A stretch of 64,000 bases of DNA from Chthoniobacteraceae bacterium (GCA_040081625.1 JBEBGD010000017.1:8784-72783), one strand, 5' to 3'; positions 30,461 through 40,345 are shown, numbered from the stretch's first letter. The notes: a model not told the origin generated them from the sequence alone. Program-made: numbers and translations.

Positions 30461-31319
30461 AGCCGACCGCGAACGCCGCCTCGGTCACGTTGTGCGTGCC
30501 GGCGCGCAGCAGCTCCGCCGCGCGTTCCATCCGCACGCGACGGAGGAACTGCGGGATCGTCATCCCCGTCTGCGCCGAGAAAGTGCGGCTGAGATAAAAC
30601 TGGCTCACGCCGACTTCGCGCCCGAGCGCGTCGAGCGATGGCGGATTCTCGAGCTGCGACGTGAGCAGTTCTTTCACGCGCTCGACGCGCTCGTGCGCGA
30701 GCCGCTTCTGCCGTTCGCAAAACATCTCCGGCGCCGGCGCGAACAAAAACTCCGCGATAAGTTCGAGCACCTTGCTTTGAAACCACAACGGCAGCGCCGT
30801 CTGCGCCACCGGTGGCTGCGAGAGCCGCGAGGCGAGTTGCTCATGCGCGAGCGTGAGCGCCCGCGGCCCGCCGATGCCGCTGCGCGGACGTGCCGCGAGC
30901 GCGCCGGTGCGCACGATGTCGTCGAGCGCGCGCTCGGCGCCAGCGACCTGCCGAGCGAGGAAATCGCGCTGCAACTCCAGCGTCAGAAAGTGGTGCCGCT
31001 CGCCCTTCGCACGACGAGCGACGAGCGGCTCGCGAGCGTGCGCGTAAGCGACCGCGGTGCCCGGCTTCACCACCACCAGTTCGCTACCGCAGCGCACTTC
31101 GCCGGTGCCAGCGAGGTTCAGGCACAGTTCCAGGCTCTCCGGGTGAAAGCTGCGGCTCCAGTCCAGCTCCCCATCCGTCTGAAACTGGTGCTGCTCGATG
31201 CTGAACCCCAGCGATCCGAAGCCGCCGAAGAGCAGCCGCCAACCCGGGCGCACGTCGTCCCATGCGCCACCTTCGGGCGAGGCAGGTTGAGTAGGAATCA
31301 ATGCGACGGCGGCAGGCAC
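30378..31319 (-). pseudogene. AraC-family regulator with truncated second HTH
   Basis: 'PPSLDALGREVG', 'RMERAAELL', 'NVTEAAFAVGY', then unrelated sequence where the conserved S..HF..AF helix should be. Confidence 0.75.
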
Positions 31320-31337
31320 GGCGCGAATGGTTCCTTA

Positions 31338-31354
31338 TTGCGACTGAATCGCAA
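31338..31354. promoter_or_regulatory. Palindromic operator, Fur-family-like
   Basis: TTGCGACT-G-AATCGCAA (7 of 8 pairs) between the divergent AraC and DMT genes. Confidence 0.5.
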
Positions 31355-31398
31355 CTTGTTCTTTTCCTTCTTGCCGCGAGCGTGCGCGCCCTTTCCCG

Positions 31399-32286
31399 AT
31401 GCGTCCTCAGCTCGCCACTTTCCTGCCGCTGCTTGCGGCCTTCGGCTACACGTTTGCAGCACTGATGCTCAAGCGGGCGACCGAGCGCGGCGTCGGGCCG
31501 TGGCGTGTCACGTTCATCACCAATTGGGTCGCGGCGCTCGTCTTCGTGCCGTGGTGGTTCGCCGGCGGTTCGGCCTTCACGTGGTTGAATTTCACCCACG
31601 CGCTCATCACCGGTGCGCTGTTTTTCGTCGGCCAGATCCTCACCTTCCTCGCGCTGACTCGCGGCGATGTCTCCGTCACCACGCCGGTGCTCGGCACCAA
31701 GGTCGTCTTCGTCGCGTTCCTCGCCGTCATCTTCGCGGGCGATCATCTCAGCGTCGAGCTCTGGCTCGCCGCACTGCTCACGACCGTGGCGACCGCGATG
31801 CTCGGAATGGAGCGGCGGGTCGATTCCGCGCGCGTCTGGCCGAGCATCGCCTTCGGCCTCGCCGCCGCGATGTGCTACGCCTCGACCGACGTGCTCATGC
31901 AGCGCTGGGTGAAGGACTGGGGCTTCGGCCATTTCGTGCCGGTGATGTTCCTGAGCATCGCCGTCTTTTCGTTCACGCTCGTGCCGTTTTTCAGCGCGCC
32001 GCTCGCCGCGATGCCGCGCTCGAGCCTGCGCTGGGCCGTCGCCGGCGGAGCGACGCTCGGCCTGCAAGCCACCGGCATGTCCTACTCGATCTCCGTCTTC
32101 CGCGAAGTGACGATCACGAACATCCTCTACAACACGCGCGGCATCTGGAGCGTGGTGATCGTGTGGGCGATCGGCCACTGGTTCGCAAACACCGAGCGCG
32201 ACCACGGCCCGCGCGTGATGCTGCGGCGCCTCTTCGGCGCGCTGCTGCTGCTCGGCGCGGTTTTCCTCAGCCTGCGGCGGGGGTGA
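31399..32286 (+). CDS. DMT/EamA family transporter
   Basis: About 10 TM helices in two repeats; 'GDVSVTTPVLGTK'. Confidence 0.85.
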   Translation: MRPQLATFLPLLAAFGYTFAALMLKRATERGVGPWRVTFITNWVAALVFVPWWFAGGSAFTWLNFTHALITGALFFVGQILTFLALTRGDVSVTTPVLGTKVVFVAFLAVIFAGDHLSVELWLAALLTTVATAMLGMERRVDSARVWPSIAFGLAAAMCYASTDVLMQRWVKDWGFGHFVPVMFLSIAVFSFTLVPFFSAPLAAMPRSSLRWAVAGGATLGLQATGMSYSISVFREVTITNILYNTRGIWSVVIVWAIGHWFANTERDHGPRVMLRRLFGALLLLGAVFLSLRRG

Positions 32287-33607
32287 GCCGTGCGCGACGC
32301 AGAGCGAGAATCCCGAGACCGAGGGCCAGTATCGCGCCGGCACCCGGCTCAGGCACCGGCATCACGCTGCTCTTAAAATACACCTCGTCGATCTCGAACG
32401 TGCTGGTCGTGGCGTTCACGGCGCCCCACGCGTAAAACCGAAACTCCAGCGTGCCGGTGAACGCGTTGACCCCTGCATCGGAGAAGTTCGCCACGCCTAT
32501 GTTTGCACCGACGAGCGAGAGATCGGTGCCGAGCTGGAAGCTGGAAGCGAACCCATCGTTGCTCACGTAGAGCGCGAGTTGAACCGGGCCATTCGCGTTA
32601 CGTTGATAGGCGAACTCCAGCCGCTCGAGGTCGAGTTGATAGCCCGCTTCGATCGCGAGCGTGAATCCGACCGCGGGCGTGTTGGCGAGATCGAGCGTCG
32701 GGCTGGTGGAGAGCCCGCTCGTCGAGCCGGTGCCGATCTGAAAATCCTGCGTGATACTTCCTCCGCCTCCGGTCGGCGCGAGGGTGAGCGTCCCCTGCCC
32801 CTGGAGCACGCCGAACGCGCTCAGCGTCGTGTGGCTCGGCGCAGTCAGCGGCGCGGTGGTGTAGCCCGCGGCGTTGTGCCCGAACCAATAGCCGCCGAGT
32901 TGACTGGTGGCGAGCGTCGCATCGCTGGCGTCGTTGACGGTGAGATTTCCGGGCGAGCTGAGCGCGGTGTTGCTCGAGGTCCAACTGGCCGCCGAACTGA
33001 CCGCGGCGAGCAGCTCGGCACTCGTCCCGCTCGCGACTCCGTTGTATCTGGCGTTGTCGTTGGTGTTGGCGATGGCGACCGCATTGACCCCGCTGGCGAG
33101 AGTCATCGGCAGGTAGGTATCGGCCGTGACCGCTGTGCCCGTCGCGATGAACGGCGCGGCACTACCCCATCCGAGAGCGCCGAGGAATTCCGGGGCCTGC
33201 GGAGTTCCCTGAAACGCGAAAAGATTGTCGCCGGCAAGCGCGAGTCCCCAGTCTCCCAGCGCTTGCACGTCTAACGATACCGCGGTGCCGGCGGCAATAT
33301 CGGCGGGCGCGACGTAGATGAACACGCCTTCCGTAAAGGCGCCGGTCGCACTAAGCCGCCAGTCGCTCCATCCGCTCGACGCCGTCCCGATCCGGGCCGC
33401 TTCGCTGAAGAAGATGACCGTGCCCGCCGAGATATTCTTGAGCGGCGCAAAGGCGATCGTGTCCGGGGCGGTCGCCTGCCCCATCAGGAAAATCAGGTCG
33501 CCCGCCGCGAGCGAGGATTGCGCCGCGCTGGCCGGGACGATCAAGCTCTCGCAAGCAGTCAAGCATGCGCAGAGAAGTGCCAATCGAGGCGGCGAAGGTC
33601 GGCGCAT
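32267..33607 (-). CDS. PEP-CTERM sorting domain protein
   Basis: Signal peptide from ATG 33607; C-terminal 'VPEPGAGAILALGLGILALRRAR'. Confidence 0.88.
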   Translation of the reverse strand: MRRPSPPRLALLCACLTACESLIVPASAAQSSLAAGDLIFLMGQATAPDTIAFAPLKNISAGTVIFFSEAARIGTASSGWSDWRLSATGAFTEGVFIYVAPADIAAGTAVSLDVQALGDWGLALAGDNLFAFQGTPQAPEFLGALGWGSAAPFIATGTAVTADTYLPMTLASGVNAVAIANTNDNARYNGVASGTSAELLAAVSSAASWTSSNTALSSPGNLTVNDASDATLATSQLGGYWFGHNAAGYTTAPLTAPSHTTLSAFGVLQGQGTLTLAPTGGGGSITQDFQIGTGSTSGLSTSPTLDLANTPAVGFTLAIEAGYQLDLERLEFAYQRNANGPVQLALYVSNDGFASSFQLGTDLSLVGANIGVANFSDAGVNAFTGTLEFRFYAWGAVNATTSTFEIDEVYFKSSVMPVPEPGAGAILALGLGILALRRARLTPAAG

Positions 33608-33797
33608 GTTTAAGGAGGGCAGCTCCGCGAGCTTCGGCTCGCGCACCCCGATTGCAAACAGCCCTTTCGCCGGGACGACTCCGGGAAACGCAGCGCGTGC
33701 ATTCGCACCGGATGGACGTTTCCGTCGAGCCCGTCGCAGAAAATATCCGCGGCGGGTTGCGACGGCGCGCGGGCGCCGCCAAGGTTCCACCATCGTC

Positions 33798-34946
33798 ATG
33801 CACAAAGACCCGACCCACACGAAGCGCGAGTTCCCCCCGTTCAGCCTCACGCGACTGCTCAGCACGGTCTTCGACCCGAAACCCGGCGAGCGCGTGTGCG
33901 TCCTCATCGACCTCGAAGACCCGCGCGACATCACGGACTTCCGTTTTCTCCAAAACCCGGTGCTCACCATCCAGCGGCATGCGCACGATGTCTTCCACGA
34001 GGAACTCAAACGCGGCGTGCTCGGGCTCGAGCACGGCGGGATGTTCGCCTACGCGATCACCGGCGGCAGCAATCTCGACCTGCCCGAGAGCTGCTTCGCG
34101 CCCGATGGCCGCGAACTGTCGCTCGTCGGGGACGTGCTCACGGCTCACGACCTCGTGCTCTGCATCTCGACGTATTCCGGCACCGCGCCGCTCACCGCGC
34201 TGGCAAAGATCCACGGCTTCCGCGGCGCGACGATGCACGGGATGAACGAGGTGATCCTCAGCAGCGGACTCGCCGTCGATTACTTCGAAGTCAGCGCGCA
34301 GGCGGAAAAGCTGCGCGTCGGCATGACGCGCGCGGACTGGGTCGAGATCGACTTCGCCGTCGGCGCGGGGCTCCACACGCTGCGGCTCGAACTCGCAAAG
34401 CAGGAGGCACAGAAAAGCCACGGCCTGTGCCGCGGCGGCCCGGACATCGCGAACCTGCCCGCCGGAGAAATCTACTACGTGCCCGCGGGTGCTGAGGGTG
34501 AGTTCCCGATGCGCTACGAGGACGGCACGATCGGGCTCATGCAAGTCACCGGCGGACGCATCACGCACGCGACACTGCTGCGCGGCGAACAGAAGACGAT
34601 CGACACTCACAACGCGAAGCTCACAAGCGACCCCGTCACCGGCGAACTCGGCGAGCTTGGCTTCGGCACGCAGGAACTGCCGGTGAGCGGGCGCGACATT
34701 CAGGATGAAAAAATCCTCGGCACGCTGCACGTCGCCACAGGCCGGAGCGATCATCTCGGCGGCAAGCTCACGCCGGATCGCTTCGCGAGTAAGAAGAACG
34801 CCACGCACGACGACATCCTCTTCGCCCCGCACAAGACGCCCGAGATCGCCGTGCCGCAGGTGCGGATGCATCGCGAAGGCGAGACTGTCGTGCTCATCGA
34901 AAACTACGCGCCGGCGGCTTACATGCGCGGGCTGCTCGGGCGGTGA
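33798..34946 (+). CDS. M29-like metallopeptidase (aminopeptidase T-like fold)
   Basis: 'ANLPAGEIY', 'LGELGFG', 'DEKILGTLHVATG', 'HDDI'. Start at ATG 33798. Confidence 0.7.
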   Translation: MHKDPTHTKREFPPFSLTRLLSTVFDPKPGERVCVLIDLEDPRDITDFRFLQNPVLTIQRHAHDVFHEELKRGVLGLEHGGMFAYAITGGSNLDLPESCFAPDGRELSLVGDVLTAHDLVLCISTYSGTAPLTALAKIHGFRGATMHGMNEVILSSGLAVDYFEVSAQAEKLRVGMTRADWVEIDFAVGAGLHTLRLELAKQEAQKSHGLCRGGPDIANLPAGEIYYVPAGAEGEFPMRYEDGTIGLMQVTGGRITHATLLRGEQKTIDTHNAKLTSDPVTGELGELGFGTQELPVSGRDIQDEKILGTLHVATGRSDHLGGKLTPDRFASKKNATHDDILFAPHKTPEIAVPQVRMHREGETVVLIENYAPAAYMRGLLGR

Positions 34947-35674
34947 GCATTTACGAGAGCGACAAGCTCCTCGGCGAATACCTGCTCTTCCACTACGGCA
35001 GCGCCGATGAAGTCGCGCCGCCCGCAGGCGCAGAGCACGCGCTCGACTTCGCGGTGCGCTGCGTCGGCGATTGTGCGGGCACGAGAGCGCTCGATGTCGG
35101 CTGCGCGGTCGGGCGCTCGACGTTCGAGTTGGCGCGCGTCTGCGAGAGCGTGATCGGCATCGACTACTCGCGGCGCTTCATCGACGCAGCGGAGACGATC
35201 CGCCGCGATGGATCGCTCGGCTACGAACGCACCGACGAGGGCACGCAGACCACGCGGCTGGTCGCGCGGCGGCCGGAGGTCGATCCGTCGCGCGTTTCAT
35301 TCGAGGTCGGCGATGCGATGGCGCTGCGGGACGATCTCGGCGAGTTCGATCTCGTGCTCGCGGCGAACCTGATCGACCGGCTCGCTGACCCCGCACGTTT
35401 TCTCGCGCGGCTGCCGGCGCTCGTGAAGCCGGGCGGACAGCTCGTGATCACATCGCCTTACACGTGGCTCGAGGACTTCACGCCGCGCGAAAAGTGGCTC
35501 GGCGGATTCCACGGCACGAGCACACTCGACGGCCTGCACTCGGCGCTCGGCGCGGCGTTTGAACTCGCCACCGTGCGCGACCTGCCCTTCCTCATTCGCG
35601 AACATGCGCGCAAATTCCAACTCAGCGTCGCCCAAGCCACGATCTGGCGCCGGCGCACATTCTTGATCCGATGA
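34943..35674 (+). CDS. Stand-alone OvoA C-terminal-type SAM methyltransferase (putative mercaptohistidine N-methyltransferase)
   Basis: 'YESDKLLGEYLLFHYG', 'ALDVGCAVGR', 'AANLIDRL', 'SPYTWLEDFTP', 'PFLIREHARKFQ'. Confidence 0.82.
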   Translation: MSIYESDKLLGEYLLFHYGSADEVAPPAGAEHALDFAVRCVGDCAGTRALDVGCAVGRSTFELARVCESVIGIDYSRRFIDAAETIRRDGSLGYERTDEGTQTTRLVARRPEVDPSRVSFEVGDAMALRDDLGEFDLVLAANLIDRLADPARFLARLPALVKPGGQLVITSPYTWLEDFTPREKWLGGFHGTSTLDGLHSALGAAFELATVRDLPFLIREHARKFQLSVAQATIWRRRTFLIR

Positions 35675-36441
35675 TCTCCCGCCGTGCTGCACTGCACTCG
35701 ATCGCGGGCGCGCTCCTCGCGGGCTGCGGGAAATCCGAGCGTCCACTCATCGTCGGCATGGAGCTCGACTACCCACCATTCGAGACGCGCGACATGGCGG
35801 GCAAGCCCGCGGGCATCAGCGTCGAGCTGGCGACCGCGCTCGCCGGGAAGCTCGGCCGCGAGTTGCGCATCGAGAACCTGCCCTTCGCCGGGCTCATCCC
35901 CGCGCTGAAGACGGGCAAGATCGATCTCATCGTCTCGTCGATGACGATCACGGACGAGCGCCGGCAGAGCATCGATTTCAGCGAGCCATATTGGCAAACC
36001 GGCGTCGGCTTCGTGACCTACGAAGGCTCCGGCCTGCGCACCGCCGCGGATCTCGCGAAGCCGGGCGTGAAAGTCGTCGTGAAGAGCGGCACGACCGGCC
36101 ACTTCTACGCGCGCGACCGCAAGCTCGACTTCTCGATCGTCGATCGGCTCGCGATCGCCACGCTCGAAGTCGCGCAGCGCAAGTCGGCCGCATTTCTCTA
36201 CGATCAGCTCACGCTCGTGCGCACGGCGGAGGAACAGCCGGGCCTCGTTCCGGTGCTCGATCCGCTCCAGACCGAGCCGTGGGGAATCGGCATCGCGAAG
36301 GGACGCGACGATCTGCGCGCGCAGGTCAACGCGTTCATCGCCGAGGCGCGCGAGCGCGGCGATTTCGCGCGATGGGCGGAGCAGTATCTCGCGAAGGAAC
36401 TCGCCGCCGCGCGCAAGTGGGGCGGCACCATCATCCACTGA
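35671..36441 (+). CDS. Amino-acid ABC transporter substrate-binding protein (family 3), lipoprotein
   Basis: 'LLAGC' lipobox; 'YPPFE', 'GKIDLIVSSMTITDERRQSIDFSEPY'. Confidence 0.9.
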   Translation: MISRRAALHSIAGALLAGCGKSERPLIVGMELDYPPFETRDMAGKPAGISVELATALAGKLGRELRIENLPFAGLIPALKTGKIDLIVSSMTITDERRQSIDFSEPYWQTGVGFVTYEGSGLRTAADLAKPGVKVVVKSGTTGHFYARDRKLDFSIVDRLAIATLEVAQRKSAAFLYDQLTLVRTAEEQPGLVPVLDPLQTEPWGIGIAKGRDDLRAQVNAFIAEARERGDFARWAEQYLAKELAAARKWGGTIIH

Positions 36442-36444
36442 GCG

Positions 36445-37035
36445 ATGCCGACCGATTGGGAAGCGCAGTATCAAAAGGGCGAGACGCCGTGGGAGAAAGG
36501 CGCGCCGAGTCCGGGACTCGTGGATTATCTCGCGGAGCATCGTGTCGAGGGCCGCGTGCTCGTGCCGGGCTGCGGGCTCGGTCACGATGTGCGCGCGCTC
36601 GCCGCGCAGGGCGCGGAGGCTGTCGGGCTCGACATCGCACCGTCGGCGGTGGAGACGGCGCGCCGCATTCAGCCCGCAGGCACCGAGCGCTACGAACTTG
36701 GCGATCTTTTCGCGCTGCCAGCGACGATGCGCGGCGCGTTCGACTGGGTGTGGGAGCACACGTGTTTTTGCGCGATCGATCCGTCGCTGCGCGCGGCCTA
36801 CGTGGAGGCGGTGCATGGCGCGCTCAAGCCCGGCGGACATTTGCTCGCGGTGTTCTATCTCGATCCCGGGAACAGCTCGCCCGGCGAAGGTCCGCCGTTC
36901 GAGGTGTCGGTCGCGGAGCTCGACCGACTTTTTCTTCCGCGCCTCGAGCTGCTGCGCGAATGGCTGCCGGCGCGCGCGTATCCCGGTCGCGAAGGGCGTG
37001 AGTGGATGCGACTGCTAAAACGCTCCGGCCCGTAG
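36445..37035 (+). CDS. Thiopurine/thiol/halide S-methyltransferase (TPMT-like)
   Basis: 'TPWEKG', 'VLVPGCGLGHD', 'EHTCFCAIDP', 'GPPF'. Confidence 0.85.
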   Translation: MPTDWEAQYQKGETPWEKGAPSPGLVDYLAEHRVEGRVLVPGCGLGHDVRALAAQGAEAVGLDIAPSAVETARRIQPAGTERYELGDLFALPATMRGAFDWVWEHTCFCAIDPSLRAAYVEAVHGALKPGGHLLAVFYLDPGNSSPGEGPPFEVSVAELDRLFLPRLELLREWLPARAYPGREGREWMRLLKRSGP

Positions 37036-38466
37036 ATCGCGAAAAGCCGCGCCGAGCGAGTCGAGCAGCGCGGTCGGGCGCAACGTCTCGGCGGATTCAC
37101 GGCCGGAAAAGATCGCGCACTCCGCGGCGCGTCCGATGAGCCACGAGGCGAGTCGCGCGGCGGCGTAGAGCGTGAGGCCTTGCGCGGCGAGCGCGGCGAT
37201 GAGGCCGGTCTGCACGTCGCCGACGCCGCCGGTGGCGAGGCCGGGGTGGCCGGTCGTGTTGTAGCTGAGCGGATGATCGCGCTGGCCTACGAGCGTGCGC
37301 GAGCCCTTGAGCAGGAGCACATGCGGCCATCGCTCGATGAAGGCGCCGACCGTCTCGCGGCGCGTGCGCTTCCGCGGATCGAGCCGCGCCATCTCGCCGG
37401 GGTGCGGCGTGAGGACTCGCGGACCGGCGCAGCGGTCGAGGACCGTGAGGTCGGTGGCGAGGTGATTGAGGGCGTCGGCGTCGAGCACGGCGGGCTGCGG
37501 CGCGCGCGCGATGAGGTCGAGGACGGCGGCGCGATTCGCGTCGCCGAGACCGGGGCCGATGGCGAGCACGTCGTGGTTTTCGGCGAGGACTTCGGCGGGA
37601 GAGTCGATGGGGCGGACCATCACCTCGGGAGCGCAACGACTCGCGCATGGGTCGTAGAGGTCGGATGGGACGTAGAGCGCGACGAGGCCCGCGCCGCCGC
37701 GCACTGCGGCTTCGGCGCACAACACGGCGGCGCCGAGATAGCCGCGTGAGCCGGCGACGATGCCGACGCGTCCGCACTGGCCCTTGTGCGTGTCGAAAGC
37801 GCGCGGCGGGAGCAGTGGGGCGAGCGCGGTCGCGACGGTGTCGCCCGAGCCGGTCGCGCGTGCGGTCAGTTCATCGAGCGGGATCACCGCGAGCCGGCCG
37901 ACGTGATTCGTCGCGGTGTCGGCGACGAGGCCTTTCTTTGCGAAGCCGATGGTGAGCGTGGTATCGGCGATCACCGCATCGGGATCGAAGGCGCCCGAGT
38001 CGCCGTCGAGCCCGGTCGGCAGGTCGAGCGCGAAGACGTGCGCGTTTTCGTCGCGGCGCAGGCGATTGATTTCGCGGCACGCGCCGAGGATCGGCTCGCG
38101 CAGCGCGCCGCCCGCGCCGATGCCGAGCAACCCGTCGAGCACGACGAGTGGACGCGAGCTTTCAGCAACGGAAGCCTCAAGCCGCTCGTGCTGCCGCAGC
38201 GTGAGCGGCGCCCACTGCTCGCGCGGGAATGCGGGCTGCAAGTCGATCGCCCATCCCGCGTGCGCGAGGTGCCGCGCGGCGACGAGCGCGTCGCCACCGT
38301 TATGCCCCTTGCCAAAGGCGACGACGCAGCGGCCCGGCGCGGAATAGAACTGCCGCACCGCGCGCGCGATGCCGGCGCCCGCTTGCTCCATGAGCGACCC
38401 GGCGGTGATGCCGTCGGCAAACGCGCGTTCTTCGAGTGCGCGCATCTCGGAACAAGTCAGAAGCAT
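37015..38466 (-). CDS. nnr: Bifunctional NAD(P)H-hydrate epimerase/dehydratase
   Basis: 'GKGHNGGD', 'DLPTGL', 'IGPGLG', 'DADAL', 'TPHPGEM', 'GGVGDV'. Confidence 0.93.
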   Translation of the reverse strand: MLLTCSEMRALEERAFADGITAGSLMEQAGAGIARAVRQFYSAPGRCVVAFGKGHNGGDALVAARHLAHAGWAIDLQPAFPREQWAPLTLRQHERLEASVAESSRPLVVLDGLLGIGAGGALREPILGACREINRLRRDENAHVFALDLPTGLDGDSGAFDPDAVIADTTLTIGFAKKGLVADTATNHVGRLAVIPLDELTARATGSGDTVATALAPLLPPRAFDTHKGQCGRVGIVAGSRGYLGAAVLCAEAAVRGGAGLVALYVPSDLYDPCASRCAPEVMVRPIDSPAEVLAENHDVLAIGPGLGDANRAAVLDLIARAPQPAVLDADALNHLATDLTVLDRCAGPRVLTPHPGEMARLDPRKRTRRETVGAFIERWPHVLLLKGSRTLVGQRDHPLSYNTTGHPGLATGGVGDVQTGLIAALAAQGLTLYAAARLASWLIGRAAECAIFSGRESAETLRPTALLDSLGAAFRDLRAGAF

Positions 38467-38490
38467 GAGGTCGTTCTAGCAGGCCGCAGC

Positions 38491-39879
38491 CTACCGCGCC
38501 ACCGCCTCGCTCAGCTTGCGATCGATCTCGGGTTGTGAGAGCCCGGCGCGCTTGAGGTAGGCGGCGTAAAGTTCGCGGGTCCGATACATCTGCGCGGGCT
38601 CCTGCTTCGTGCGGCGCTGGTTCTTCGCGAGGATTTGCAAGGCTCGTTCATAGCCCTCGACGGTGAGCGGGTCGTCGCCGGCGCCGTCGGCCCACACGGC
38701 GAGGTTGTGGAAGAGCACGGCGAAAAGCGGGTCGTCGTCTCGAAACCATTTTGCGCCGATTTCGGCGGAGCGCTTGAGATACGGCAGCGCCTCGCGCCGG
38801 CGATCCTGCCGCGCGATCGAAAGGCCGAGACGATGCACGGCGTCGGAGTGATCCTTCGCGCGCGCGTCGGGCCGGCGATCGTAGATCTGCACGGCGCGGC
38901 GCAGGAGCGGCTCGGCGTCGGCGTTGCGCTTTGCCGCAAGGAAGGTGTAGCCGAGCCGGTCGAGCGCGAGCGCCAGGCGCAGCGCGTAGTTTTCACCCGC
39001 CCGCTCGAAGATGGAGATGGCGCGACGCGCGACGGCTTCGGCCTCGGCAAACTTTTCGCTCTCGACGAGCGCGGCGGCGAGTTCGGACGCGGTGTCGGCG
39101 ACTTCGACATCGTCGCGACCGTAGGCCCGCTCGTAGATGCCCATGGCTCGGGCGAGCAGCGGCGCGGCTTCCTCGTCGCGCTGCTGGCGGGCGAGGCTGG
39201 CGCCGACGTTGTGGAGCGCATTGGCGAGGCCGGGCGAGTCGGGTGGCAGCACGCGCTCGCGGATGGCGAGGACTTCGCGGGCGAGCTTGAAGGCGTCGTC
39301 GAAACGGTCCTGCGCGTAGCGGAGACCGAAGGCGGCGCCCTGCACGCGTGCGTAGCCTTCGGGGTCGCGCGCTGGGTCGTGGCGGCGGCGCACGTCGCCG
39401 AGGGCGCGCTCGGCCCTGCCCCAATCCTTCGCGGCGATGAAGCCATGGATTTCACGCAGCGGGATGGCGAGCGGATCGACGGGCGCACTGGTGGAGACAG
39501 TCGGCGCGGCGAAGCGACCGTGGATCATCGCGGCGAGGGTCGCGTCGTAGTCGTTGCGGCGCGAGTCGGCTTCGACCTGCGTCGCGAAGCGCTCGAGCGC
39601 GGCGCGCGTTTCGGCGGCATCGAGGCCGCGCGAGCGGGCCACGCCATCGGTCGCGCGGGCCACTTTTTCCTCCGGCGTTCGCGTCGATTCATCCTGGATG
39701 AAACGCAGATAGATGGCGTCGGCGATCTGCCGTGGATCGATGCGCGCCGCCGGTTCGCGGCGAGGCGAGTCCTCGGGCGCGCGGTCGCGGACGAGTAGGG
39801 AGAAAAGCAGGGCGGTGAGCGAGCCGCCGGCGATCCACAGCCAGGCGGGGAGTTTTCGCGGAGCGTTCGCTGCGTTCAT
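38491..39879 (-). CDS. Membrane-anchored tetratricopeptide repeat protein
   Basis: N-terminal TM; repeated 'A..L..RA..I.E' TPR units of kinesin light chain type. Confidence 0.8.
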   Translation of the reverse strand: MNAANAPRKLPAWLWIAGGSLTALLFSLLVRDRAPEDSPRREPAARIDPRQIADAIYLRFIQDESTRTPEEKVARATDGVARSRGLDAAETRAALERFATQVEADSRRNDYDATLAAMIHGRFAAPTVSTSAPVDPLAIPLREIHGFIAAKDWGRAERALGDVRRRHDPARDPEGYARVQGAAFGLRYAQDRFDDAFKLAREVLAIRERVLPPDSPGLANALHNVGASLARQQRDEEAAPLLARAMGIYERAYGRDDVEVADTASELAAALVESEKFAEAEAVARRAISIFERAGENYALRLALALDRLGYTFLAAKRNADAEPLLRRAVQIYDRRPDARAKDHSDAVHRLGLSIARQDRRREALPYLKRSAEIGAKWFRDDDPLFAVLFHNLAVWADGAGDDPLTVEGYERALQILAKNQRRTKQEPAQMYRTRELYAAYLKRAGLSQPEIDRKLSEAVAR

Positions 39880-40114
39880 TTGGTGCGTGGTTTAGGCGGC
39901 GAGGACGGTGCGCGTCAATGCATCGCCCGTGGGAGGAAAAGTGGACGGGTAAACGGGAATAACCTGACCCGGGATTATGCACTTCACGAAGGTTCCACGA
40001 CTCGCCCCGTTTCGTGACGTGAGGAACGCGTGTTTCCGTTAGAGCACAGCCTGTGCTTTGACTGAACCAGTCGCCGCCGTTTGATTCATCCGGTAAAATT
40101 AAACCAGCGCGACT

Positions 40115-40267
40115 CTACTTCGTCTTTTTCTTCGCAGCCTTCGGGCGGCTCGCCTTCTTCGGCTTAGCTGGCGGGACGGCGATTGCCGTGCGCATCAGGG
40201 CGTCGAAGCTACGGCCTGTCTGCGCCTTGGGTGAGAAGCGTTCGAGTTCGGTCGATTTCTTTTTCAC
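40115..40267 (-). CDS. Small basic protein inside the transposon
   Basis: Probable GTG start at 40267: KKKSTELERF..FDALMRTAIAVPPAKPKK. Resembles, from memory, small ORFs seen next to IS1595 transposases. Confidence 0.45.
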   Translation of the reverse strand: MKKKSTELERFSPKAQTGRSFDALMRTAIAVPPAKPKKASRPKAAKKKTK

Positions 40268-40345
40268 GGCCAAGACGGTAGCCCATGATTTATACCTGCG
40301 CCATTGCTTCCTTACCGTCATGCCGTAACTGCGTATCAAATCGGC

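Noticed and set aside
29971..30786. 271-aa ORF as a single real gene
   Set aside because: Its N-terminal half is an alternative frame of AraC; only the part below ~30460 looks like a genuine fragment.
33690..33730. CCGGTGCGAAT on the minus strand, reminiscent of a cobalamin riboswitch
   Set aside because: The matching CCGG stem and the B12 box are missing.
32267..34946. Apparent long overlap between ORFs 32267..34009 and 33318..34946
   Set aside because: Plausible starts at 33607 (-) and 33798 (+) remove the overlap.
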